Source: Octopus bimaculoides (lineage: Eukaryota). From it: 42,896 bases of DNA. Location: NCBI RefSeq assembly GCF_001194135.2, contig NC_068993.1, positions 21,548,196-21,591,091 of the forward strand, given 5' to 3'. The notes beneath the pieces were generated by a model that searched no databases, was not told the origin of the DNA, and worked only from the letters and a program-made list of their open reading frames with translations. Shown here piece after piece: positions 1 through 10,894 of this stretch (the first letter of the stretch is position 1; every line of letters begins with the position of its first letter). A program made the translations under genes and the position numbers.

Positions 1-580
1 AGGTATCCGACCTTTGGCCAATATGTCTATACACTTCTGCCAGCGTTCCTGCCACTGTTGGAAACACTTCTGGAAATCACTTTTTGGGATGCTGTAGGGT
101 TGTGCCGTTGAAGTTTGCTGCTGACTCAAATCCTCTCCCTTTGAATGTTTTTTTTTAGCTTTGAGAATAGCCAAAGGTCACACAGAGCCAAATCTGGGGA
201 GTAGGAAGCCTGACGAACAAATGGTGCCTTTTGCTTGACGAGAAATACTTGGACGACGCGGGCGGAATGAGTGGGTACTTCGTTGGCATTTTTTTTGCTG
301 CGTACATGTCAGGTCGTTTTCGTCCACAGCTTCACGAAGGCGACGAAGACCCCCACCCAGGTGACATTCTTTCCTAATTGTCTGGCCGCAACGGGGCTCC
401 CTCTCCACTTAGGTCCGGCCATCTTGGAACCGGTTGTACGACTCGTTTATATGTGGCTTTTCCCATATCATCATCTCCAAAGGTCTTGCGAATCTTCTCG
501 ACGGTCTGGGCTTGCGTAGCACCAAACTTTTGGCAGAATTTGATACAGTATCTTTACTCAATGCGTTCATTCATCTTGAC
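1..580 (-). mobile_element. Mariner-family transposon remnant, internally deleted
   Basis: Minus-strand translation gives a mariner N-terminus from the ATG at 574 (MNERIE*RYCIKFCQKFGATQAQTVEKIRKTFGDD, then EREPRCGQ). SYSPDLALCDLWLF (~163-205) is a YSPDLAP-type motif and IPKSDFQKCFQQWQERWQKCID (~26-91) is the C-terminus. The catalytic core between them is missing; stops and frameshifts are present. Confidence 0.85.
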
Positions 581-1244
581 TCAAAAAGAAAAGAAACTCG
601 CACAACACACTCTTCACGTCTGTACTCAATGGGTGACTATGTTCGAATGGCGCAACCTACAGGCAAGAAATTTTTGCGCATCTGGTTTTCACATGGTGGT
701 TTATTGCAGCCACTTTAAACTACGCAAGACCTATATGATTGATGACTACATCCCTATGATAAATCGTGTATGTGTGTGTGTTCATGTGTGTATGAAAGCA
801 CATACGTCAAATAATGAGATACACCAATGAAAATGCGTCTCCACCTGCGTTTCGTATCTTTTATGCTTTCCTTCTCAATCGCTGGCGTCAACTATCCCCT
901 CCCTATATCTCTTCCCTTATCTTTTAATCTATCTATATCTATATTTATTTAAGAGAATTATTTCTCTATGTCACCATATCGTAAGTCTTTCAGTTGCTCT
1001 CTAGAAGTAATTAATTGAAATATATATATAAGACAAAACTAATAATATCTTCAATGACACTGGAATATGCGACAGATGGTCAGATTTTTCTACAAGACTG
1101 AAGTACAACACACTGGAAATAATACGCATCGATATACAAATTTACATAAATACAAATATAAGGTAGCACATAATTTCGTTAACACTAAAAAAATATATGC
1201 ACGTTATTTCACGTCAATACTCTTTTCTTTTATACCGAGTTTCT

Positions 1245-1331
<87 letters not shown>

Positions 1332-1332
1332 A

Positions 1333-2530
1333 CAGGGGTTGGACAAAATAATGGAAACATCTTAAAATTTCAAACAAATTTCAAACTTTCAAATTTATTT
1401 TAATATGGAGTAGGACCACCTTTGGCAGTAATTACAGCTTGAATTCTTGTGGTGATGATTGTGGAGGATATCGACTCCTTACATGCTTTTCTAAAACGCA
1501 CCATAAATGTTCAATAATATGAAGATCTGGCGTCTGTGGTGGCCAGATAAGATATTCAACTTCATTAGAATGTCCCTCGTGCCATTCAGCACAACTTTCG
1601 CTGTGGAAATTGGTACGTTATCATCCTGAAAGACTGCGTTTTCCTCCGGAAACAGTTCCGCAACCGTAGGATGAATTTGATCAAATAGAATGCTTAAATA
1701 GTCTTGACTGTTAATTCTGCCATGAAGGGAAATCATTGGGCCGGCGGATTTCCAAGATAAAGCCACCCTGCGTCCCAGATCATCACAGAACCTTCTTCAT
1801 GTTTAACAGTTGGAAAAAGGCAGTCTGCGTCAAATGCTTCTTATGGCTGTCTCCACACGTATACTCGGCCGGTGGTCGGAAATACGGTAAAGGATAACTC
1901 GTCTGAGAAAATAACATTCTTTGATTGCTCTAGGGACCAATTCTGTAAGTTTTTACTCCACTCTAAACACTTTGAAACGTTTGTCTTTGAAACTAGTGAA
2001 ACCATGAAATCCGGCTTTGTACAGCTCCTGGCGAACAATTTTTGCAGAAACTGGTTTCTCGAGGTGATCATTAAGCACTGCAGTGATTTTGAGAGCCGTA
2101 CTTTTGTGATCATTTCTAACAATTCGCGTAAGAGTCCGACAGTCACTATCTGAAAGTTTTGGTTTTCTTCCGATTTTTTTTTTTCGATGAGGAGGTTTTT
2201 CCCTCTTTCTTAAAGGCTATCATTACTTTCGAGACAGTACTTCTTGATACCCCAAACATTTCGGCTGTTTTCGATACGCTAGCAACTGCCATACGAGCAC
2301 CAACAATTTGAGCTCTTTGAAAGTCCGATAGATATGTGATTTTAATGAATTTCAATTACCGTTTTCTGTTGATATTTGAAACGAAACTGCAATTTTATCA
2401 AAACATATTAGCAGCACTAATAATAAATAAAAAAAAACATTAAAATAAACAAGCTTTTGACAGTTTTATAGATATTTCAAAATTATGATGCTATGATGCT
2501 TGGCGTTTCCGTTATTTTGTCCAACCCCTG
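1333..2530 (-). mobile_element. Tc1-like DNA transposon with both TIRs and a frameshifted transposase
   Basis: 26-bp TIRs CAGGGGTTGGACAAAATAATGGAAAC (1333-1358) and its reverse complement (2505-2530, 1 mismatch), TA on both sides. ORF pieces: HTH LSDFQRAQIVGARM..GVSRSTVSKV (2146-2355), VIFSDELSF..GRVYVWRQP (1841-2146), FQDDNVP (1491-1766). Confidence 0.93.
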
Positions 2531-2640
2531 TATATATATATATTTAACGCCCCAGCTACACACACAAATTCTTGTCCACATAAAATTCATAAATATTCAC
2601 AGCAACAAGTACATTGAGTTAAAAGATAAATTCTCTGTAG

Positions 2641-2755
2641 ACACTAGAACCCCGCGACTACATTTTACAAATCATTTATATCGGAATTTAATCAAAGACT
2701 CACCTACAAGCCACACTGGGAAGGTAGGGTATACCTACCTCACAGAAAACACCAA
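2641..2755 (+). CDS. Candidate internal exon of an unidentified gene: (D)TRTPRLHFTNHLYRNLIKDSPTSHTGKVGYTYLTENT(K)
   Basis: Acceptor ttctctgtag| and donor |gtaagt. Only one open frame (phase 1 to 2), compatible with the candidate exon at 4089. An alternative donor lies at 2724. Confidence 0.35.
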
Positions 2756-2893
2756 GTAAGTTCTCTGTCTCTTCATGTTTTCGCTCATGTTAGGTAACAT
2801 GGATGTATGTGGTCTAAGATCGAATTGGAGCCGGGGACGCTTGGTAGGCGATCTCAGTTCATAGTATGGATAAAAGTGGCGCGCCTGGTGCAT
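2739..2893 (-). CDS. Candidate first coding exon of a minus-strand gene: MHQARHFYPYYELRSPTKRPRLQFDLRPHTSMLPNMSENMKRQRTYLVFSV(R)
   Basis: ATG at 2893 after an in-frame stop, locally GC-richer sequence, donor GTGAG|gtaggt at 2738, preceded by a purine-rich GAA/GGA tract resembling a 5'UTR. No homology recognised. Confidence 0.4.
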
Positions 2894-3584
2894 GTAGCTT
2901 TCCACTTCCCCCTCCAACTCCTCCTCCAACTCCTCCTCCTCTTTCTTCTTCTTCTTCTTCCTTCATTTTCCGTCGTCCGATTCTTCTCTTTCGACTTCTA
3001 TTCCTTTTTCCCCCTTTCTCCTTCCTATCGTTATATATATCCACCTTCTAGATCCCCACCGCCACTGCCACAAAATTTCTTCCCCACAGACCCATCCTGC
3101 ATACACGCTTTTAATTTTTTTCCTTCTTATTATCTCCCGATACTTTCATCACAACAATATTTGAGAAACGGAGAATGTAACAGCATGCTTATCATGCCTA
3201 AAACCGTATGTTTCGTAATTTTTCTTTTAGAATCTTTGCGTAAACTGGAGATGGTACGGAAACATGTGCAACTTATAATCGAAAATGTGTTAAAAGTTTT
3301 TCTTTGTCTTCTTTTCATNNNNNNNNNNNNNNNNNNNNNNNNNNNNNNNNNNNNNNNNNNNNNNNNNNNNNNNNNNNNNNNNNNNNNNNNNNNNNNNNNN
3401 NNNNNNNNNNNNNNNNNNNNNNNNNNNNNNNNNNNNNNNNNNNNNNNNNNNNNNNNNNNNNNNNNNNNNNNNNNNNNNNNNNNNNNNNNNNNNNNNNNNN
3501 NNNNNNNNNNNNNNNNNNNNNNNNNNNNNNNNNNNNNNNNNNNNNNNNNNNNNNNNNNNNNNNNNNNNNNNNNNNNNNNNNNNN

Positions 3585-3623
<39 letters not shown>

Positions 3624-4088
3624 CATATATGCATGCATGTCTATATGTGTTCACGCGCGTGTGGGTTCGAATTGATGTGCGTACGTATGTATGTATGTTT
3701 CTGTTTATGTAGCAAATTAAAATCTGTTGGCGGCTGGAGAAATATTTATAATTAAAATTATTTACAGTTCCAGCCTCCTCGATCAACCGAGGAACTAATT
3801 TATGTTCGATTTTTCTTTATGAAATAATAAATACAGATTCATTAATGTCAACTGCTCAACGCTTAAACTAATCTTTGACAGCTTGATGACTCTTTAGCAA
3901 CACTAAAGAAATATAACCGAAAATCCAATCAAAGAATAGCTCCTTTCAATAATTGAGAATTCTTGTGCATTCCGCATTGATCTCTACACGATGTGGAATA
4001 AACTGCATTATGTTTTCATAATAAAATTTAAAAAAAAAACAATTTTCGTCACATGTTTCAAATAAAATTACTTATTTTTGTTATTCAG

Positions 4089-4136
4089 ACCGCAACAGCC
4101 TTTCTTGAGTAGACGGAAATTCAAACAAAATTCCAG
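4089..4136 (+). CDS. Candidate 48-nt exon, PQQPFLSRRKFKQNS
   Basis: tttttgttattcag| acceptor, CAG|gtgtga donor, open in phase 2-2. Confidence 0.35.
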
Positions 4137-4833
4137 GTGTGATCATATAGTGTCTGCTTCAGACATAATCCGTGCTGGATCGCGTCATGCAATGTGTTTC
4201 TTTTTAATATGGTTAGTCGCCCGGTAATGAAAAATACACACTTCATGACATAACTCCTTTTTTTTTTTCACCGGACAATAACCCTGCATTATCCCCTCTA
4301 AAGGAGTATAAAAGTAATTTTGGATCTATTAAAAAATTTTCGTAAGCATGGATATTAATCTTATGAAATTAAATCTCAACTAGCTGGAACCTTAGATATT
4401 TCGTGGAGCAGACAACCTCTGCTTCGTTCTTATATTTCATTCTTAAAACATATTTTCCACTGCTACGAAATACATTCCACTGAAAAGTATGTTTCAACGT
4501 AAAATTCTACAATACTTTGTAGTGTGTACATTATTATACGATGAATTAACAGTTGTGTATATTCGGAATGGATCAAAGTAACAATTGATTTATTAAATTA
4601 GAATTCTATAATTTGGTATGATTTTCTGTTTATATNNNNNNNNNNNNNNNNNNNNNNNNNNNNNNNNNNNNNNNNNNNNNNNNNNNNNNNNNNNNNNNNN
4701 NNNNNNNNNNNNNNNNNNNNNNNNNNNNNNNNNNNNNNNNNNNNNNNNNNNNNNNNNNNNNNNNNNNNNNNNNNNNNNNNNNNNNNNNNNNNNNNNNNNN
4801 NNNNNNNNNNNNNNNNNNNNNNNNNNNNNNNNN

Positions 4834-4866
<33 letters not shown>

Positions 4867-4929
4867 TAGTTTACACGATGTGTGGCGTTCAAATAAATAA
4901 TAACATAAATAATGTGTATATATATGCAT

Positions 4930-5450
4930 ATATAGGTACAGGACGTTACCAACTGTAAACAACATGAAGTACGAAAACACGCGAGTTAATTGCGCAAACA
5001 ACAAGAAAAGAAAATTAAAGACAGGACAAGTAGCACAAAGAACGACCCTTCATCAGTTGTCGGCTGTTTATCTATTCCTGATTTCGAGCATTCAACGACA
5101 ATATAAGACTTCGAAGACAGTTGCTCCCATAACTTCCAAAATGAATATTGGATTTTATGGAGAGTCAAAGTTGGGAATAAAAGCAGAACAGTGGAAACAA
5201 ACAAGGAAATCGAACGAAAATAAACATGGAGAGTCTTTAGACCAGAATGAGAGGAAAAATAATGAACGCAGGAAGAAATACTTTCTTTGAACAGAGAAAA
5301 GATAGAAGAGAGAGATAGAAACGTCCGGTCCTTCTTGCAAGATTGAAAGGGATGTTTGTTTTGGTGTGTCTTGGGTGGCATGAATTAAATAATAGATATT
5401 GTTTGGCATTTGTGGTTTAGTAAAATTCAAAATCAAATCTGATTTTACGT
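4930..5450 (-). mobile_element. Truncated Penelope-like element: RT thumb fragment plus 3' non-coding (pLTR-like) region
   Basis: 5413-5330 (-) translates TNAKQYLLFNSCHPRHTKTNIPFNLARR, the PLE RT C-terminal 'YL.F.SCHP.H....IP..LARR' motif. No GIY-YIG follows; instead non-coding sequence containing hammerhead core motifs. Confidence 0.8.
5040..5108 (-). ncRNA. Candidate hammerhead ribozyme with permuted strand order
   Basis: Minus strand: TCTTAT-A-TTGTCG-TT-GAATGCTC-GAAA-TCAGG-AATAGATAAACAGC-CGACAA-CTGATGA-A-GGGTCGTTC. Core motifs and three stems are present (see findings). Confidence 0.6.
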
Positions 5451-5700
5451 GTGCATTAAAAAACCTGATTTAATGTTATAAGATGCTCGGAATGCCACCA
5501 AAACTACATAGTGTCCACAGGATCATCACTCAAACGCAGATGCACTCGGCACCGACAACAGATTGCATTCTCATAACACAAAATGATACCCTTTAGTGAA
5601 CACATTGAGAGATGCGCAAACTAACTGCTACCACAATTTGTAATTTTTTCCATTTTATCAATGTGCCATTGGAACACCAACACGGGTTAGATTAAACAAA

Positions 5701-5820
5701 GAAACCTACCTCATTAAAAAAACATAAACCAAAACTTAACCATTTCTAACATTTTTAAGTAAGGAAACTTACCTCATTGAAAAAAATATAAAGCAAAACT
5801 TAACCACTTCTAACATTTTT
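5701..5820. repeat. Tandem duplication with ~63-bp period
   Basis: gaaacctacctcattaaaaaaacataaaccaaaacttaaccatttctaacattttt (5701-5756) recurs at 5764-5820 with several substitutions. Confidence 0.85.
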
Positions 5821-6552
5821 GTTCTATCAAAACCAAATCATGTTACATTAATAAAACCTAAACATTCCCAACGTTTTTGATTATCTCTCTTATACCGAAA
5901 ATATCCCTCATAACCTCCCCCAGTCTGAATCACTCCTACTTCACACCATAGCGAAGAGATGACACCATATCGGTAAGGAAATTTGAGAAATTTTAAAAGA
6001 AAATATGAAACCGGTTATTTCTCCAAAACTAATGTCACTACACACAAAATTATATAACATTTTTTCCAAAATGACGGTTTAATATATTCTTTAAGCATAT
6101 AACACAAGTCTTCTGTAGTTTNNNNNNNNNNNNNNNNNNNNNNNNNNNNNNNNNNNNNNNNNNNNNNNNNNNNNNNNNNNNNNNNNNNNNNNNNNNNNNN
6201 NNNNNNNNNNNNNNNNNNNNNNNNNNNNNNNNNNNNNNNNNNNNNNNNNNNNNNNNNNNNNNNNNNNNNNNNNNNNNNNNNNNNNNNNNNNNNNNNNNNN
6301 NNNNNNNNNNNNNNNNNNNNNNNNNNNNNNNNNNNNNNNNNNNNNNNNNNNNNNNNNNNNNNNNNNNNNNNNNNNNNNNNNNNNNNNNNNNNNNNNNNNN
6401 NNNNNNNNNNNNNNNNNNNNNNNNNNNNNNNNNNNNNNNNNNNNNNNNNNNNNNNNNNNNNNNNNNNNNNNNNNNNNNNNNNNNNNNNNNNNNNNNNNNN
6501 NNNNNNNNNNNNNNNNNNNNNNNNNNNNNNNNNNNNNNNNNNNNNNNNNNNN

Positions 6553-6587
<35 letters not shown>

Positions 6588-6589
6588 AT

Positions 6590-6820
6590 TCTTTTATTGT
6601 ATTATTTGTTTCAGTCATCTGACTGCGACCACGCTCGAGCACCGCCTGAAAGGTTTATTATCGAAGAAATCGATCCCAGGACTTATTCTTTGTAAGCCTG
6701 GTACTTATTCAGTTTGTCTCTTTTGCAGAACAGCTAAGATACGGGGACATAAAGAGACCAGCATCGCTTCTAAAGCGATGGCGGGGGTGCGTGGAGTAGA
6801 GATACACGAACACAGACACA
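6590..6820 (-). mobile_element. SINE family 1, 3' portion
   Basis: Reverse complement of the tail GGCGGTGCTCGAGCGTGGTCGCAGTCAGATGACTGAAACA; homologous to the copies at 6985-7340 and 9730-10037. Confidence 0.75.
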
Positions 6821-6984
6821 TGCACACACTTAAACATATACATATGTGTATACATATACAACAGTCTAGAAAAACAGGAGCACACTAACGATTCCCACAT
6901 GCAATAACCTAGTAACTGGACACCGGTTATGCTATGGTATATCCTTGAAGAAGTTTTAGGTAAATAAATCGGCTGTTGTACTTT

Positions 6985-7340
6985 TTCTTTAAGTCTGAAA
7001 CTTATATCGATCTATTTTGCCGAACGCTAAGGTACTGAGTCGTAAACACACAACACTGATTGTCAAGCGATGGTGGGGGCCAAACACAGACAGAAAGACA
7101 CATACACATACACACATATATACACACAAAACACAAACACTGACACAAGAACACAAACATACGTGCACACACATACATACATAAATACATACATAATACA
7201 TACATTACACACACACACAAACACACATATATATAATATGGGCTACTTTCAGTTTCTATCTACCAAATCTACTCACAAGACTTTGGTCGGTTATAGTAGA
7301 AGACACTTGTCGAAGGTGCTACATAGTTGGACTGAACCAG
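6985..7340 (-). mobile_element. SINE family 1 with internal (CA)-rich expansion
   Basis: ctaccaaatctactcacaagactttggtcgg..tagtagaagacacttgtc..ggactgaacc is antisense to the head of the 9730 copy. Confidence 0.75.
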
Positions 7341-7514
7341 TTTTCATACCAGTTTTCATACCAGACACACACGCATGCCCTTATATGTAAGTTAAAAATA
7401 CAAAACTTATCATTGTGAAAATCCTTTATCTTTTAAATAAAGTTTGCTACCCAATAAGTTTCTGAAAAAGTACGAATTGAACTGTCTGCAATAATTAAAC
7501 AATTCACATTTTAG

Positions 7515-7598
7515 AGTGACAATAGAAACACATACTTCTGGGAAGGGCAGAGATCAGAAGTTCCAATACAGCTGGAAGAATGTGAATGAATTCCAAAG
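7515..7598 (+). CDS. Candidate 84-nt exon, VTIETHTSGKGRDQKFQYSWKNVNEFQ
   Basis: cacattttag| acceptor, AAAG|gtaact donor, single open frame, phase 2-2, coding-like composition within AT-rich DNA. Confidence 0.55.
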
Positions 7599-8080
7599 GT
7601 AACTTTTCTCTTTTAAGATTGTTATATTGTGAAGCAAAGCATAACTATTCAGTAGCAATGTATAGATAACACTTTCGTTACCTTTCCCACTCTTTTTCTT
7701 TTTTTTTGTATACGACTTGATTTTGTGGTTAATAATATTTTATTTAATTATACAGAAAACACGGACAAGATGGAAAAACACATCGTTGAGCTTTCTGAAA
7801 ACTGCTGAAGGAATCAGAGAAGATAGTAAGCGACATATGCACATGAGAGAATATAAAATAAAGAGAAACAGCAGAATCATAAGTGGGGATCATATTTATA
7901 CGAAGTGGTTCATTATAAATTAATCGCATAATTTAAATGATTCAATAACAAACAGAGAAAATTCAAATAGTTAAAAAGGAAGGAAACTCACGATTTTCTA
8001 TCAAGAATCATTCGAAGAGACAGAAAACCAATATACACATACACATGCATAAATTAAAGTGCACCTACAAAATACGCACG

Positions 8081-8115
<35 letters not shown>

Positions 8116-8152
8116 NNNNNNNNNNNNNNNNNNNNNNNNNNNNNNNNNNNNN

Positions 8153-8209
<57 letters not shown>

Positions 8210-9376
8210 GACACACACACACACACTACAAATACTCAGACACACATAAATCTTCTGTAGGCAAACGTGCCAGTTAAGAACCTATCTTAACATACAAAAA
8301 GATGGAGGAAATCTAATTTTGAAGTACGTTTTGTAATATTTGAATTTAAATCTATGAAAATAGCATATGGAATAAAGATGAATAACAAGTGATAAAACAA
8401 GAATCATCCCATACAAGAGACTAGCCATCATATATACATATAGTCACACATAGGCGTGTACGTGCCTTTTTTGTGTGCCTGTGTATGTGTGTATGTTTGT
8501 GTGCGTGTGTGTATGTGTGCCTCTGTGTCTATGTGTGCGTGTACGTGTGGGTGTAAATCAGGAATAACTAATAGATTTTCACTTGCATATTAAGTGTATT
8601 TTAGGAATTTTACAACGAAGTTGTCATGTATCGCCTTTCTGAATACCTTCTTTCTTCTCTAGTCATTCCTTTTAATACGTGTCTCCACACACGTCATTTG
8701 ACTATATGTATGAACGCAGCATATATATATATATATATATGCAAACACACAAATGCACACATATGATCTATATGTGTGTGTATGAATATACATATATATG
8801 TATGCATATATATATATCTATATCTATCTATCTATCTATATATATGTATATATATATATATATATATATNNNNNNNNNNNNNNNNNNNNNNNNNNNNNNN
8901 NNNNNNNNNNNNNNNNNNNNNNATATATGTATATGTATATGTATATGTATGTATGTGTGAGTATACATATATTTAAATAGATAATTGTACACAAACACAA
9001 AAGCACATGCACACGCACGAACTTACACACGTATATGTATGCATCTACGTATGTACTACGTATATATTTTGATACGTATACATATGCTTGCACGTGTGTT
9101 TTGTGTATCTAGTAGTGAATTACTTCTTTGAAATTTCTATACATTATTCTTTGAGCGAAATGTTTCCTCAATTCACGGCACGCCTTGTAAGGCCGCTACA
9201 ACGCCTATCTTTGCATCACGCAAATTTGCAACATGAATCCATTGAAATTCTGAATATTATTGTCTTGAACCATAAAAAAATTTATTTTTAAAAGTTTGCA
9301 ATGTGGACTAAATATATTTTATGCTTTCCTAGCCAACAAGTATATTTCTAAAACATCTTCAAGTAATTTTTTTCAG

Positions 9377-9436
9377 ACATGGTCTAGTATTTTATACATT
9401 TGAAGATATTGGCGTAGATCACATCGGGAGATTGCT
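9377..9436 (+). CDS. Candidate 60-nt exon, HGLVFYTFEDIGVDHIGRL
   Basis: tttttttcag| acceptor, |gtaact donor, phase 2-2, joins the 7515 exon in frame (..NEFQR-HGLV..). Confidence 0.45.
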
Positions 9437-9729
9437 GTAACTGGAATCTTAAAAATTATTTCTTATGTTGAGTTTTGTTACAAAAGATTAATAAAAAATA
9501 TTCCCCTGTAGTTTTATTTATCTTAACGTATTTATAAATTAAGTTGATGGGTTTTACAGTAGTCGCTATTATGGAAAGAAATCGTTTCTCCGCATTGATG
9601 CATATCTGTGAATCTCTTGCTTTTCTAAATGGAATGTTTTCTATGTTACCTTAAATACATTACATATTTTGTAAAATAAATAGCAGGATTTGTTTTTAAT
9701 ATCCAGTTGAGTAATGGGAAAATTTACAT

Positions 9730-10037
9730 GCGCAGGTGTGGGTGTGTGGTAGGAAGCTTGCTTCCCACTACAAGTTCTGGGTTCAACCTCACTGTATGAC
9801 ACCTTGGGCAATTGTCTTTTACTGTAGCCTCAGACCGACCATAACCTAGTGAATGGACTTGGCAGATAGAAATTGAAAGAAGCCCGTTTTATACATACCA
9901 ACATGTACACACACGTAACTTAGCGGCTTGGCAAAACTAAACGTTAGAATAAGTACCGTGCTTTAAAATTTTATATATATATAAGTACTGGGGTCCATTC
10001 ATTCGACTAAAATTTCTTCAGGATGGCACCCCAGCAT
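9730..10037 (+). mobile_element. SINE family 1, near full length, degraded
   Basis: Head gtgtgtggtaggaagcttgcttccc..gggttcaacc (B-box-like), body ccttgggcaattgtct.., tail ggatggcaccccagcat. Confidence 0.75.
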
Positions 10038-10479
10038 TACCTCGATCTAATGCGTGAAATGAGAAAAAAATATGTAGAAAATATAATAGAAAAATAATTC
10101 AATTGAGCGAAACGTTGAAATATTTCTAAACAATATGATATTTTTACGAGACAAAAAGGAAATGTTGTGTGCGAGACAAAGACGATCACTATGGTATTAA
10201 GGCATTGATCAACCTGGAGAAATTTTAGCGAAAAATTTAGAATATATATTTTAATGTTGTAACCTCTATGCATGTGTATGTGTGCATTTATCTAATAACA
10301 CATACGTATATGTGAGTGTATGTATATATTTATGTGTACGTATATCTGCGTGTATGTATGTACAAATGCGTATATTTAGCGATTGTTACAATTATACCAT
10401 GTTCTTTCCATTTGATTGGAGTCTTCAAAGGTGTTTTGCTTTCAAATTTACCGTTTCATTATTTATATCGATTCCAATG

Positions 10480-10670
10480 CAGTGAGCTGGCAGGATCGTT
10501 AGCGCGCCGGGTGAAATGCTAAGCGGTATTTCGCCTGTCACTACATTCTGAGTTCAAATTCCGCCGAGGTCAACTTTGCCTCGATAAATTAAGTACCAGT
10601 GAAACGCTGAGTATTGATGTAACCCCTCACCCCAAATTGCAAGTCTTGTGCCTATAGTAGAAAGGATTAT
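10480..10670 (+). mobile_element. SINE family 2
   Basis: gagctggcaggatcgttagcgcgccgg..ttctgagttcaaattccgccgaggtcaactttgcc..gataaattaagtaccag; at least five homologues elsewhere in the window. Confidence 0.8.
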
Positions 10671-10894
10671 TTATATCGATTCTGTTTAGACATCGAAAAA
10701 AGCTAGTAACATTGTTTGAATTCCAGAAAATATAAATACTGAATTATTTTGAATGTAGGTTTTATTTCCAAACATAAAATCCTGCTTTAACTATTATTTT
10801 GAACTTGATGCTAAATGATACTCATATAGTCGAATGCACCAAATACTGAAGATGACATCTCGTAACAGGGAAAACTCCTGCCTGGAGCGCATGT

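Noticed and set aside
2807-3712. 301-aa ORF and the other long ORFs containing X runs or YI/HT/CV repeats (e.g. 27762-28824, 31138-31791)
   Set aside because: Artefacts of N gaps and dinucleotide microsatellites.
3231-3797. Micro-exon candidates ESLRKLEM (3231-3253) and FQPPRSTEELIY (3762-3797)
   Set aside because: Weak donors, and no phase-consistent link to the exon at 4089; unresolved without RNA data.
5063-5085. Alternative type II hammerhead fold using the local ATC/GAT hairpin as stem III
   Set aside because: No stem I can form from AACAGCCGACAA; the reversed-order pairing explains the sequence better.
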